Numbered from the stretch's first letter, positions 41,001 through 52,001 are shown. The stretch: 64,000 nucleotides of DNA from an uncultured Methanomassiliicoccales archaeon (GCA_963695345.1 OY968769.1:2400001-2464000), one strand, 5' to 3'. The notes: generated from the letters alone by a model not told the origin. Translations and numbers: made by a program.

Positions 41001-41786
41001 TCATGACCAGGCCCACCATCGGTCATCATGCTGACATATCCTGACTGGCACCCTGAAAAGACTGGTGAGGTTCTTCTCATTGATCGCTTCAATCCCTTCG
41101 TCCAGGAAGATCTTGCCGTTCTTGACCATGACCACCCTGTCTATCTCGGGTATGATATCCGAAGGATCTTGCGTTACCATGATGAGGGCCTTTCCCTGAT
41201 TCACCGACCTGCGCATGGCCTCCCTTACAAGATGCTTCCCGGTAAGGTCCAATCCGTTCATCGGTTCGTCGAGTATCAGGGCTTCCGGCTCGTTCACCAA
41301 TGCGCGGGCCATGATGACCCTCCTTGCTTCACCCATCGACATTACCGACATAGGCTTCTTGGCCATTCGTTCAGACCCTACGACCGCCAGCGCCCCTCTC
41401 GCCCTCCGGCCCATCTCCCGGGTGACATTCTGCGATCGGTTCGTCCCTATCGAACCAAAGAATCCGGAAAGGACCACATCTAGCCCGTCCATATCCCGCC
41501 TGAAATCGTTCTGGACCTCACCAGAGACCAGTCCGAAGGCCCGATGGACATCATGGATGTCCCAGTATTCCGAACCCAGTATCTTGACATAGGAACGCTC
41601 GTTGGTGGTGTCATGTCGGTACTCCCCGGTAAAGGTCTTGATGAGCGATGATTTTCCGGAACCGTTTGGGCCTAGGATCACCAATCGTTCACCTGCCTCG
41701 ATCTTGAGCGTGATGTCCCTCAGTATCTTCGAATCGCCTTTGGAGATCGTGACCCTGTGCAATTCAATTATCGGTTCCGAGGACAT
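41001..41786 (-). CDS. ABC transporter ATP-binding protein (ModF-like, orphan)
   Basis: GPNGSGKS, VVLSGFFGSIG, MSMGE, LILDEP. Confidence 0.92.
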   Translation of the reverse strand: MSSEPIIELHRVTISKGDSKILRDITLKIEAGERLVILGPNGSGKSSLIKTFTGEYRHDTTNERSYVKILGSEYWDIHDVHRAFGLVSGEVQNDFRRDMDGLDVVLSGFFGSIGTNRSQNVTREMGRRARGALAVVGSERMAKKPMSVMSMGEARRVIMARALVNEPEALILDEPMNGLDLTGKHLVREAMRRSVNQGKALIMVTQDPSDIIPEIDRVVMVKNGKIFLDEGIEAINEKNLTSLFRVPVRICQHDDRWWAWS

Positions 41787-41907
41787 CAGCCCTTCAATCC
41801 AGAATGGATATTTCAGGGTGTTGAATGGAAGGGTCAGGGTTCTTAGATTGAAGTTAAACTATAGTAACTGAACACTTCCGTCTGATCCGGTGTTGGTGGT
41901 CGGAGGT

Positions 41908-42075
41908 TCAGACCGGACCCTTGACCTCTGTGACAGCGGATTTGCGTCTCCCGTTCACGCAGCCCAGAACCTGTCCCCTCTTTCCGTATAGGATCTCTCT
42001 GGGCAATGGAGGCACTGGAATGACACATTTCCATCCATTTCGGAAGCAACATTCCACGCATTCGATGACTACCAT
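41908..42075 (-). CDS. Possible small Cys-rich protein (55 aa)
   Basis: MVVIECVECCFRNGWKC...GCVNG; composition only. Confidence 0.35.
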   Translation of the reverse strand: MVVIECVECCFRNGWKCVIPVPPLPREILYGKRGQVLGCVNGRRKSAVTEVKGPV

Positions 42076-42425
42076 GGAATAACGATAGTGTTTTGCCCCT
42101 AATCCCATTATCGCACATACCAACCAATTCAACGTATGAAATGAAACAGTTAGAAATTTACCAAATAGGAACATAGGTGGAACCCGAACTGCCATAAAAT
42201 AACGAATCGGGTTCGTAATTGAAAGAACCCCATTCTTACGGGTCTGATCCTTTGAGTGTGCTCATGACATTCCGGTCAAATGCTACATCAGCCCGATCTT
42301 GTTATCACGATGAATATCCTGGCAAATAGCCATATCTAGGTCTATTTCAATTCTTTCAAGAGGCCAGAATCATTTCTGCTCATCAAGGACCTTACAAGGG
42401 ACGGTATAAGGCAACACGGCACACC

Positions 42426-43373
42426 ATGCCGCAGCTGGCCCGGTTCCATCGCTCCTACATTTTGGTGGTCTTTATCGTCCTGATGGGAATATCTCTGACC
42501 GTGGTCCCGGCGAGCGCCACGGCATCGGACGGGTCAGATACCCCAGATGTGGTGTATGTCGGTATCTACGTTAAGGACTTCAATGAGTTCAGCGTGGCCG
42601 ATGGGACCATCAAGGCCAGCTTCTATTTGACTTTGAGATCAGATACCAATGTGTCGATGGATGATCTCGAGATCACCAACGGAATCGCAACTTCCGTCGA
42701 CACCATTGACAATCAGACCAATGTGAAGGAATATCGCCTCACGGCAGAACTGAATGTCGATCCCGATCTGCACCGGTTCCCATTCGACCGCCATGTCATC
42801 CAGATCGAAATAGAACCCAAGAATCGCGACCAGAGGGAGATGGTCCTGGTCATAGAACAATCGGAGATCGGGAGGGATGTTGAGGCAGATCTTCCCGGGT
42901 GGGAATTCACCGATATGGACGCATCCATCGCGAACAAGACCTACACTCATGACGATATCTCATATTCCCGGGCGGTTTTCGTCTACGGGATCTCCAGGGA
43001 CGTCACCTCGACAGTACTGAAGTTCTTCCTTCCGATCATGCTCATCATCATCGTGGCTCTCTCCTCTCTGATGATAAAGATATCGTCCCGGCTGGGGCTC
43101 AATGCATCGATGTTCCTGGCAGCCGTTCTCATCCATTGGCGGATAGCCGACTCCATCCCCCTGGTGGCCTATGCGACCTTCCTCGATATGTTCATGATCA
43201 TCACCTATGCCACCTTGGTCATGGTGCTGGTCTCGGGACTATTGATCCTCAGGTCCACTGAAGCAAAAGATGTGGATCAGGTTAAGAGAGTCAATCGATG
43301 GTCGATAAAGATCATCCCGACCATCTCGCTGACCCTGTACTTTCTGCTCTTCATTTCACTGCTGGCGCAGTGA
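42426..43373 (+). CDS. Prokaryotic pentameric ligand-gated ion channel homolog (GLIC/ELIC-like)
   Basis: Signal peptide; V.VGIYV, DLHRFPFDRH (Pro-loop), LPGWE, pre-M1 Arg and M1 Pro (SR....LKFFLP), M2-M3 loop IPLVAYATFLD; four TM helices. Confidence 0.85.
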   Translation: MPQLARFHRSYILVVFIVLMGISLTVVPASATASDGSDTPDVVYVGIYVKDFNEFSVADGTIKASFYLTLRSDTNVSMDDLEITNGIATSVDTIDNQTNVKEYRLTAELNVDPDLHRFPFDRHVIQIEIEPKNRDQREMVLVIEQSEIGRDVEADLPGWEFTDMDASIANKTYTHDDISYSRAVFVYGISRDVTSTVLKFFLPIMLIIIVALSSLMIKISSRLGLNASMFLAAVLIHWRIADSIPLVAYATFLDMFMIITYATLVMVLVSGLLILRSTEAKDVDQVKRVNRWSIKIIPTISLTLYFLLFISLLAQ

Positions 43374-43431
43374 CAGGGGATGGAAGGTCGGGAATGATGT
43401 CTGATTGAAAAGAAAAGGAAATGAAAGGAGT

Positions 43432-43794
43432 TCAGGCGTGCTGCTTGGCCATCTCCATATACGCCGCCAGGTCAATGTCGTAAGAGGCATCCTGAGTGGT
43501 GCCGTCGATCATCTCGATCTTGGCCCTGATGTTGTTTCTTTCAAAGACTATCTGGGCGTTCTTCACGTTCGACTTGTAAACGCTTATCCTCTTTCCCGCC
43601 TGCGTCAGCTTCCTTTCCGGGCTGAACATGAGGCCAGATTCCTCGAGTAGTTTGATCTTGCGGTAACAGACAGCAATTGGGATACCGAGCATCTTGCTCA
43701 GCTCATACACGTCCTTCGGCTTCCCCATGGTAGCCAGGAGTATCTTCCCACAGTGCTCTTCGGTAAATAGTCTTGACTTTTCTAAAGCGTGCAT
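43432..43794 (-). CDS. Winged-helix (ArsR-like) transcriptional regulator
   Basis: KILLAT..PK...ELS...GIPIAVCYRKIKLL...GL...GKR...YKS. Confidence 0.85.
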   Translation of the reverse strand: MHALEKSRLFTEEHCGKILLATMGKPKDVYELSKMLGIPIAVCYRKIKLLEESGLMFSPERKLTQAGKRISVYKSNVKNAQIVFERNNIRAKIEMIDGTTQDASYDIDLAAYMEMAKQHA

Positions 43795-44184
43795 CTTTAA
43801 ACCACCCTAAGCAAAGAACGCCGATTCAGAGTATATAAACCAAATCAGGCTGTTATCATTATTGATTTTAGTAAATAATCCCTACCCAGATTGATTTACA
43901 TTATGCCCCGTCAATCAAAATGTGAATATTATAGACGGTCTTTTTATGGAAAAATGGATGACAAGGATTGACAAGGTCATGGGAATCCGGGTAGCGCATT
44001 CCAGATAATCCCCTATCTGGGGAGGTCAAATCGAGCAAAGCGTGAACGAAACCAATGAACGATCCGCCGAGGAGCAAGAAGATCATCGTCAGGTTCCAGC
44101 ACCCGGGAGCGAGATCCTTGCTTTGCGGCTCCTCTGAGGTAATTCACAAACGTTTTATCTTACCATATTCCTCGCCTGTGCATC

Positions 44185-45357
44185 ATGTACCTGACCAGAG
44201 AGGAGGAGTCCATACTTGCCGGAGAACAGGGCAATGGCAGGCGCAGGGCTATGGAACTGTTGGTCGCGGTCGGAAAGATATACGGCGCGGACAAGCTCGT
44301 TCCAATAAAATCAGCGCATCTATCCGGCGTATCGTACAAGACGATAGGCGAGGGAGGTATCGATTTCCTCCAGGAGATGTCGCAGGACAGCAATGTCTCC
44401 GTCATCACCACCCTGAACCCATCTGGCATGGACAGCGAGCGCTGGAAGGAGATGCACGTCTCCGAAGAGTTCGCCCGCAAGCAATTGGAGATCATCGAGT
44501 GCTATGGAAAGCTGGGCGTCAAGACGACATGCAGCTGCACACCATATCTCTCCATCAATGCACCAGGCAAGGGTGACACCATCGCCTGGGCGGAATCCTC
44601 GGCCCTTTCCTATGCCAACTCTGTGCTGGGGGCGAGGACCAACCGGGAAGGAGGCCCCGGGGCTTTGGCTGCTTCCATAATCGGCAAGACCCCGCTCTAC
44701 GGGCTACATCTGGACGCCAACCGCGTTCCAACCGTGGTCATCGAGGCCGAGATGAAGGAGGACCTGCTGGACTATTCGCTGCTTGGTCATGCCATAGGCA
44801 CCAGGATAGGCGGTGCCGTGCCGTTCATCAGGGGAGTAAGGCCGGGCAGCGACAAGCTCAAGATGATGGCCGCCGCGATGGCCGCGTCCGGTTCGGTGGC
44901 GTTGTTCCATGTGGAAGGGATCACCCCCGACGCCGATAGACAGGCAACCAATGGACTAGAGGTCATCAAGATCGACGAGAAAGAGCTCAGATCGTTCAAG
45001 GACAAGGTCTCCAGCGGCAAGGATCCGGACCTGATCGCCCTCGGCTGCCCCCATCTCAGCGAGGATGAGGTAAGACACCTGGCTAACGTCGTTAAGGGGA
45101 AGAGGAAGGTCAAAGACACCGATGTCTGGTTCTGCACTTCCCGGGCGGTCAAGGCCCGTTGCCCCAATGAGACCAAGGAGCTGGAGAGGATAGGCAAAGT
45201 GGTCTGCGACACCTGCATGATAGTCACCCCGATCGAGGGCGTCTACCGATGCACCGCCACGAATTCCTGTAAAGCCTGCAGCTACCTGCCATCCTTGTGC
45301 TCCCAGAAGGTGGTCTGTGAATCGGCCGAAACACTGTTGGGTTCGGTGATGCAATGA
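44185..45357 (+). CDS. Aconitase X large subunit (phosphomevalonate dehydratase, large subunit)
   Basis: AHLSGVSY, TTLNP, CSCTPY, AWAESSA, GARTNREGG, LGCPH, DTCMIV. Confidence 0.92.
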   Translation: MYLTREEESILAGEQGNGRRRAMELLVAVGKIYGADKLVPIKSAHLSGVSYKTIGEGGIDFLQEMSQDSNVSVITTLNPSGMDSERWKEMHVSEEFARKQLEIIECYGKLGVKTTCSCTPYLSINAPGKGDTIAWAESSALSYANSVLGARTNREGGPGALAASIIGKTPLYGLHLDANRVPTVVIEAEMKEDLLDYSLLGHAIGTRIGGAVPFIRGVRPGSDKLKMMAAAMAASGSVALFHVEGITPDADRQATNGLEVIKIDEKELRSFKDKVSSGKDPDLIALGCPHLSEDEVRHLANVVKGKRKVKDTDVWFCTSRAVKARCPNETKELERIGKVVCDTCMIVTPIEGVYRCTATNSCKACSYLPSLCSQKVVCESAETLLGSVMQ

Positions 45358-46130
45358 AGGGACGCTCAATATCCGGCGGCGAAGGAGAAGGCAAGGCGGT
45401 CATCCTCAAGGACGCGTTCAGCTTCCTTGGGGGAGTAGATTCCAAGACCGGCGAGCTTTCGGTCGCGACGGGAAAGGCAGGCACTTCGATCAAGGACAAG
45501 GTATTCATCTTTCCCAAGGGAAGAGGTAGCACCGTGGGGTCCTACACCATCCTCGACATGAAGAAGCACGGGACCCAACCGGCGGCGATAATCAATGAGA
45601 AGGCGGAGACCATCGTCGCCACCGGTGCGGTGATGGCCGGCGTTCCCATGGTCGATTCGGTGAACATCTCGCTCTTCCGCGATGGGGACGAGGTCTTCGT
45701 CGATGGCAACACCGGGGCGGTAAGCATCGCCGGCGTAAAGGAGAGCGAGGTCACCACCAGCATCCTGCGTTGCAAGGACAGGATACTCATTCTCAAGCGC
45801 AGTGACAAAGTGGGGACGAACAAGGGCAAGTGGGCCGGGGTGAGCGGTCACATCGAGCCCGGGGAGAACGCTGAGCAGACAGCGCCGAGGGAGATCCGGG
45901 AGGAGCTCTCCATCGACAGATTCGTGCTGATCGCCCAGGCGGCCCCGATCACCATACGGGAAGCGGGGCACATCTGGACCATATATCCGTTCCTGTTCGA
46001 GACCGAGAACGAAAAGGTGACCACGGATTGGGAGCATACGGAGCACAAATGGGTGCTGCCGGAAGAGGTCAAGGACTATGATGTGGTCCCCGGTTTGCTC
46101 GATCTATTGCATGACCTCAAGTTGACCTGA
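45354..46130 (+). CDS. Aconitase X small (swivel, DUF126) subunit fused to a Nudix hydrolase
   Basis: N-terminal SFLGGVD, GRGSTVGSY, VDG.TG; C-terminal Nudix box GHIEPGENAEQTAPREIREELSI and DWEHTEHKW. Confidence 0.9.
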   Translation: MKGRSISGGEGEGKAVILKDAFSFLGGVDSKTGELSVATGKAGTSIKDKVFIFPKGRGSTVGSYTILDMKKHGTQPAAIINEKAETIVATGAVMAGVPMVDSVNISLFRDGDEVFVDGNTGAVSIAGVKESEVTTSILRCKDRILILKRSDKVGTNKGKWAGVSGHIEPGENAEQTAPREIREELSIDRFVLIAQAAPITIREAGHIWTIYPFLFETENEKVTTDWEHTEHKWVLPEEVKDYDVVPGLLDLLHDLKLT

Positions 46131-46351
46131 GAGATGTCGTTCTGATATCGACGTTCAGACACATCCACCAGTAGTGACCGAACAAGGACAATAAATTGAA
46201 AACCTGGGCTCCTTTGGTCCGCCAATCTTCTATCGGCGGTCTTCGTGTGCACTAGAACAAAGGTCGATCTATCAGAAGGGTCGAACATTCACTGTTGAAT
46301 TGATTTTAGAGAAAAGAGCTGGCGGTCGAACAACCGCCATAAGAAGGTTGG

Positions 46352-49300
46352 TTAGAGGGCGATGTCGACCTCTTTCTCCAGAAGGTTCAGCTCGTGCGGG
46401 TCCAGCGTTGACGGGTTCACCGCCATGATCAGTATGGAGCGGTTTATCGCCACCTGGTCCCTGAGCGACTGGATGAACCTGAGGACGGTCAGGAAATTGT
46501 TGTTGGTTATGAGATACTCCAGCCCGTCCAAGAGGATCACCCCCGAGTTGTTGGCCAGGAACTGTTCGAGCGAGTAGCTCAATTTCTCCAGGTCCTTCGG
46601 GCGCAGCGACTCTTCCTTCCCCACGTTCGACAGCCAAAGGATCTGAGTGTCGCCCAGATTGTACTTCGACTTGATCTTCAGGGGATAGTTCCGGGTAACG
46701 CAGAAGCCCTTGAGGTCCTGTGTCAACGCCTTCTCGAAGTAGGAATAGGCCCTTTCGGACTTGTCCTCCTTGATCAGATAGGCATACGAACGCTCCAGTT
46801 CACCCACCGGCTTCGGTTTGACCTTCTCCTCTTCCTCTTCCTCGACCAGGTCATCTCTGAACGCCGTTCCGCAGGCAGGGCATTTGAGCTCGTCGGGCTG
46901 CAGCTCGGCCCCGCAGGATTGGCATTTCACCACCGCTTGGAAACCTCTGCCCTGGGCATATACCAGTAACGCGTCGATGGTCCTGGCGCCGAGCCCGCTC
47001 ACCTTGGCCAGGTCTTCCTTCCCGGCGGCCGTGATCTTCTCGATGCTGTCGAACCCCGCGTCATAGAGCATTTCTGCCTTGAGCCTGTTCATGCGGGGAA
47101 CGCGGAGCAGGTAAGGCAGGAGCCTTTCCTTGGGCGTACCCTTGTTCGACCTCGGGTCGCAGGCGGCGCATCTGCCGTCAGCATCCAGGGCCCCGCCGCA
47201 GTTATCGCACTTCCGACCCTCATCCTTCCTTATGAGATGGTTGAAGATGCGCTTGGCATCGGACCGGGTGAACCCCTCCAAGTTGCCGAGCTTGTCCTCG
47301 CCCAGGTTCTTCAGGTCATCCATCGTGCAGAACCCTTTCTCGGCCAAGCAAATGGCCATCTTCTGGGTCAGTCCGGGTATGCCGGTCAGCTTGGTGATGG
47401 CCTCTTTTATGTGGGTCGAGGCGAGGGCAATCTCCATCTTGTGCCCCTCCACCTCCCAGGTCACGTTGTAGGTGCCGTTGGGGTCGTCGACGAAGTCCAG
47501 CTTCTTGGCCCTGGTCTCCGACATGATGTGCTCCTTCCAGATCTTGAAGTACTCGGTGATCTTGGCGGGGGCGGTCACCTCCACCTTGACGAACTCCTCG
47601 ACGTCCAGCTTCATGTCCTTTCGCATTTGCTGGATGCGTCGGATGATCTCCCTGGCGAAGCCCTCGGCCTCTATCTCCTGGGTTATCTCGAAGTCCAGGT
47701 AGACCTCGCCACCGCTGAACTTGGCCCCCACCACATCGTTCGGTAGGGACGAGGTGAACGAGACCATGTTGGGCTCGATCTTCACCAGCTGGCCTTCTAT
47801 GCCGAGCGAGTACTCGCCCTTGTCTATGCTGTCCTTGATCTGCCTCGCCGGCCTGGATTTGAGCAGCACCGCTATCTTCGAGGACCATTGCCGGTAGACC
47901 TTGCCTATGGCGTGGGGGTTCGGGATCACGTTAAGGATCGTCTCCTCCCATTCCTGGCCCGGTTTTATGTACTGTACCGCTTTGGTGTTGGACTGGGCAA
48001 GCAGTATGTCGTCCAGCGCCATGATGGAGTCCATGGCCTCCTGGGTCGAGGCCTTGATGATGATGCGCTTCATGGGCCAGCGCAGCTTGACGTTGCGTGC
48101 CTGGCGCTCCCTGGTGATGATCTCCACCAGTTCCGCGCATTCCTTCATGGAGGTCTCGAGACGCTCATCCACCTTGGTGAGGTCGGCCGTCGGCCACTCC
48201 AGCATGTGGACCGATCCCTTGGTCCCGTCCAGGTGCTGGTATATGTCCTCGGTGGCGTGGGGGCAGAACGGCGCCAGCAACAGGTTCGTGGCCATTACCG
48301 AATCGAACAGGACCTTGTATGCGGCCAGCTTGTCCAGGTCGCCCTCCTCCTTCCACATCCTGTCCCTGATCAGACGCACGTACCAGCGGGAAAGGTCGTC
48401 CAGGACGAACTCCTCGATGGCCCGGCAGGCCTTGTGCAGGTCGTAGGTGTTGATGTTGCGGGTGACCTCATGCTTGAGCTTCTCGGTCTTGGAGATCAGC
48501 CAGCGGTCCTCGGAGCGCAGATGGCCCTTCAGCCGGTCATAGTCCACCAGGGCCGGGTCGAACTTGTCGATGGCCATGTACTGGGTGGCGAAGTTGACCA
48601 CGTTCCAGAAGACGTTGAGCATCTTTCTGGCGTTCTTCACTCCCTCCGTCTGGAAGGCGATGTCCTCCCAGGGGGCGGACGACCGCAGCATGTAGAACCG
48701 GAGCGCGTCCGCGCCGTATTCAGCGATGACCTTGCTCGGCTCGATGACGTTGCCCTTGCTCTTGGACATCGGCTGTCCTGACGGGTCCAGCATCCAACCG
48801 TGCATGAGCACGCTCTCGTAAGGCGCCCGGCCGAAGGCTATGCATCCGGCCGCCAGCTGGGAATAGAACCAACCTCTGGTCTGGTCCTGGGCCTCGGTGA
48901 TCCAGCGTCCCGGCCACCAGCGGTCGAACTCCGTCCGCTTGCCCGGGAATCCCAGCTGCGCCCAGGAGGCCACCGCCGAATCGAACCATACGTCCAGGAC
49001 GTCCGGGACCCGCCTCATGGTCTTGCTGCAGCGGGGGCATTCGCAGGTCACCGAGTCGATCCATGGCCGGTGCAGCTCCATGTCCTTCCGGTAACCGTCC
49101 AGCTTTCTCCAGCTCGGCCACCGAGCCGACTACCTTGATCTCGCCGCAGGCGGCGCAGGTCCACACCGGGATCGGTATGCCCCAGTATCTCTGCCGGGAG
49201 ATGCACCAATCCCGGGCGTTGAGCACCCAGTCGTACATGCGGGAGGAACCGGCCCAGTCCGGGGTCCAGCGGATCCTTTCGACCTCCTCGAGCATCAGGT

Positions 49301-50575
49301 TCTTTATCGGCGGTCACTTTGAGGAACCACTGCTGCGTGTTCCGGAAAATGACCGGCGTGTTGCATCTCCAGCAGTGTCCGAAACGGTGCTCGATGATGC
49401 CGCTCCAGAACAGGACGTTCTTCTCCTTGAGGTCCTCGATGATCAATGGATTGGCCTTTTTGATATGCAATCCCCGATATTTCTCTCCGACATCGGAGTT
49501 GAACTTGCCGTTGGCGTCCACCGGGCAGAACGGATCGATGCCGAACTCCTTGCCCAGCTCGAAGTCCTCCGGACCGTGTCCGGGCGCGATATGCACCAGA
49601 CCGGTGTTCTCGGGCTTCCACGGTCTTGGAGGGGATGACCTTATGCACCCACTTTCCGTTGACCTCCCTCTGGAAGGGTACCTCGTCGGCGAACGGCGAT
49701 ACATATTCCGTCCCCACCAGGTCGTCCCCCTCGATCGTTTCCAGGATATCGTACTTCTCCCAGCCGCCGATCTCCCGGATCTTCTCCACCAGCTCCTTCA
49801 GGACTATTACCGTCTCGGTCTCCCCGATCCGGCGGTAGCGGACCTTGTCATACTTGAAATCAGGATGGGCGGCCACCGCCATGTTCGCCGGCAAGGTCCA
49901 TGGTGTGGTGGTCCATATGAGCAGGGATACCTTCTCATCGTTCCTCAGGGGGAACTTGACGTAGATCGAAGGGTCCTTCTCGTCCGAGTACTCGATCTCC
50001 GCCTCGGCCAGCGCCGTTTCGCAGCGGGGACATCCGGGCAGCACCCGGTTCGAAGTGACCAGAAGGCCCTTGTCATGGGCCCGCTTCAGCGTCCACCAGG
50101 CCGCCTCTATGTAGCTCGAGTTGATGGTGAGGTACGGGTTGTCCCAGTCCATCCAGACGCCCAGTTCGGAGAACTGCTCGTTCATCTTCTTCTGGAAGCC
50201 CAAGGCGAATTCCTTGCAGGTCCCGACGAAGCGGTCGATGCCGTATTCCTCGATCTCCTTCTTGTTCTTCACACCGATGGACTGCTCTACCTTGACCTCG
50301 ATGGGCAGACCGTGCATATCATATCCAGGGGTGTCGGTGACATTGAACCGCTGCATCCTCTTGAACCTGATGATGGTATCCTTGATGGTCTTGTTCCACG
50401 CCGTTCCCAGGTGGATGTATCCAGTGGTGTAGGGGGGACCATCGACGAAGTAATAGTCAGGACCGCTCGCCCGGAGCTCCTTCGTCTTCTTGTAGGCATC
50501 GGTCTTGGTCCAGAATTCCCGGACCGCTTTCTCTAGTTTAGCAGGATTGTAACTGGCTTGGACTTGCTTTATCAT
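46352..50575 (-). CDS. ileS: Isoleucyl-tRNA synthetase with a long C-terminal extension (HhH, CxxC ribbons, DUF835); apparent frameshifts at ~49612, ~49297 and ~49100
   Basis: DGPPY..G.IHLGT, GYDMHGLPIE, WTTTPWT, TGLVHIAPGHG, WCISRQRYWG, DQTRGWF, PMSKS. Confidence 0.95.
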
Positions 50576-50770
50576 CGCCGTCCCTTCTGTCGCCCAGATG
50601 CCGCCAGACAATATAAACTACATGGTCCAGAAAGCTGTGCTTCGTAACATCGGCATTGAGGGGACCGCAATAAATTGGCCGGTCATCTTATTAAGGTTCC
50701 TTTCCCAGGAACGGAAAACGAAATCATATGTCCGGAACAACGCGTTTGCCGATCATTTCCGGGACCCGGC

Positions 50771-51796
50771 TCAGAACATGTCCAGGCTGGACTGGTTCTT
50801 GGTCTCCTTCTTGACCTTCTTGGGGATCATCTTGTCCAGGGCGGAATTCACCCTTTGTTCCGAGAAATCGTATTGGCCGACCAACATCTCCACCACCTTT
50901 GGCCGGTCCGGCTCCTTCCATTCGAGGGTGTAGTTGTCGGTCTTCTCGAAATCCAGGAACAATCCCTTGACCTTGTCGTACTCGGGAAAGACCTTGTCGA
51001 TCGACCCCATGGCTTTCTCGAAGTTGCCATGCTCCCTGACCAGCTTCAGCGCGCGCTTGGGACCGATACCGCTGACCCCAACGTTGTAATCGGTGCCCAT
51101 CATGATGCAGAGGTCGATCAGCTGTTCCCGGGTTATTTCCAGTTCCCTCAGGGCCAGGTCCGCTTCGATGATCTCCATCTTCACGTCCCGGTACTCGTTC
51201 CGCCCGGGCATCTTCCGCCGCCCTGCCAGTGTCAGGTTCCGCAGCAGCCTCGGGGCGCCGAACAGCAGCGAGTCGAAATCCTGGGAGGATGCCGCCCAGA
51301 CGATGCCCTTCTGTGCCATATAGGCGGCCTGCGCCTCCCCTTCCTCCGCCGCCTGGACGACCGGGATGCCGAGATGGGTCAACAATATCCGCGAGGATTC
51401 CACGATCTCGTTCGTGATACGCGATGATTGGGTGGCCTTGGAGAATGCCTTTTCCGTCTCTCCCTTCTCCATCGAGGTCTGCCAATCCTGCTGGGCCTTC
51501 ACCCGGCGTTCGTGCCGGTCCTGGATCGTTCCGCTCTTCATCTCCGAGGGGATGCCGTCGAAAACATAGGCGGGGCGAACCCCCATCTCGATGAGGTTCG
51601 CGTTCCTGTTGAGCAGGCCAGACAGATGTGAGGTGATCCTTCCCTTGCCGTCCTTCAGAGGTGTCCCGTCTGGTTGGCGTATCACCGACAGGAACTGGTA
51701 GATGGCGTTATAGGCGTCGATGGCCACGCTCTTGCCCTGCAGCTCCTCCGGAGTGACATCCCTTGCCTTGATGATGTCCGCCAGGTTCACGCCCAT
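50771..51796 (-). CDS. fen: Flap endonuclease 1
   Basis: DAYNAIYQFL, TSHLSG, EGEAQAA, SQDFDSLLFG, GTDYN..GIGPK, PIP box QSSLDMF. Confidence 0.97.
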   Translation of the reverse strand: MGVNLADIIKARDVTPEELQGKSVAIDAYNAIYQFLSVIRQPDGTPLKDGKGRITSHLSGLLNRNANLIEMGVRPAYVFDGIPSEMKSGTIQDRHERRVKAQQDWQTSMEKGETEKAFSKATQSSRITNEIVESSRILLTHLGIPVVQAAEEGEAQAAYMAQKGIVWAASSQDFDSLLFGAPRLLRNLTLAGRRKMPGRNEYRDVKMEIIEADLALRELEITREQLIDLCIMMGTDYNVGVSGIGPKRALKLVREHGNFEKAMGSIDKVFPEYDKVKGLFLDFEKTDNYTLEWKEPDRPKVVEMLVGQYDFSEQRVNSALDKMIPKKVKKETKNQSSLDMF

Positions 51797-52001
51797 TCCG
51801 TGCCGCCTCCTTTAGCCGTCAATCCTGAGCCCTGCCCTCTGAATCATCCACTGGAATTATAACCATTTCGTGGAACGGTTCTTTGATGATATCGGGGTTC
51901 TTGACATCCTCTGACCCTAAATCCAGCCAGCATTGACCCGGCCATGAAAATCCGGCTATGATGCAAACAATTATTATCCGACCCTTACCTAGTTTATCGC
52001 C

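Noticed and set aside
30850-42400. attR duplicate of the tRNA-Arg 3' end (and of tRNA-Leu) marking island borders
   Set aside because: No copy found by eye, so island right borders remain undefined
46352-50575. Frameshifts in ileS (also hppA, the beta-decarboxylating dehydrogenase, the 18018 gene and the PQQ-propeller gene) as programmed frameshifting or pseudogenisation
   Set aside because: They are scattered single-base indels in essential or otherwise well-conserved genes, with no shared slippery motif; most simply explained as long-read consensus errors
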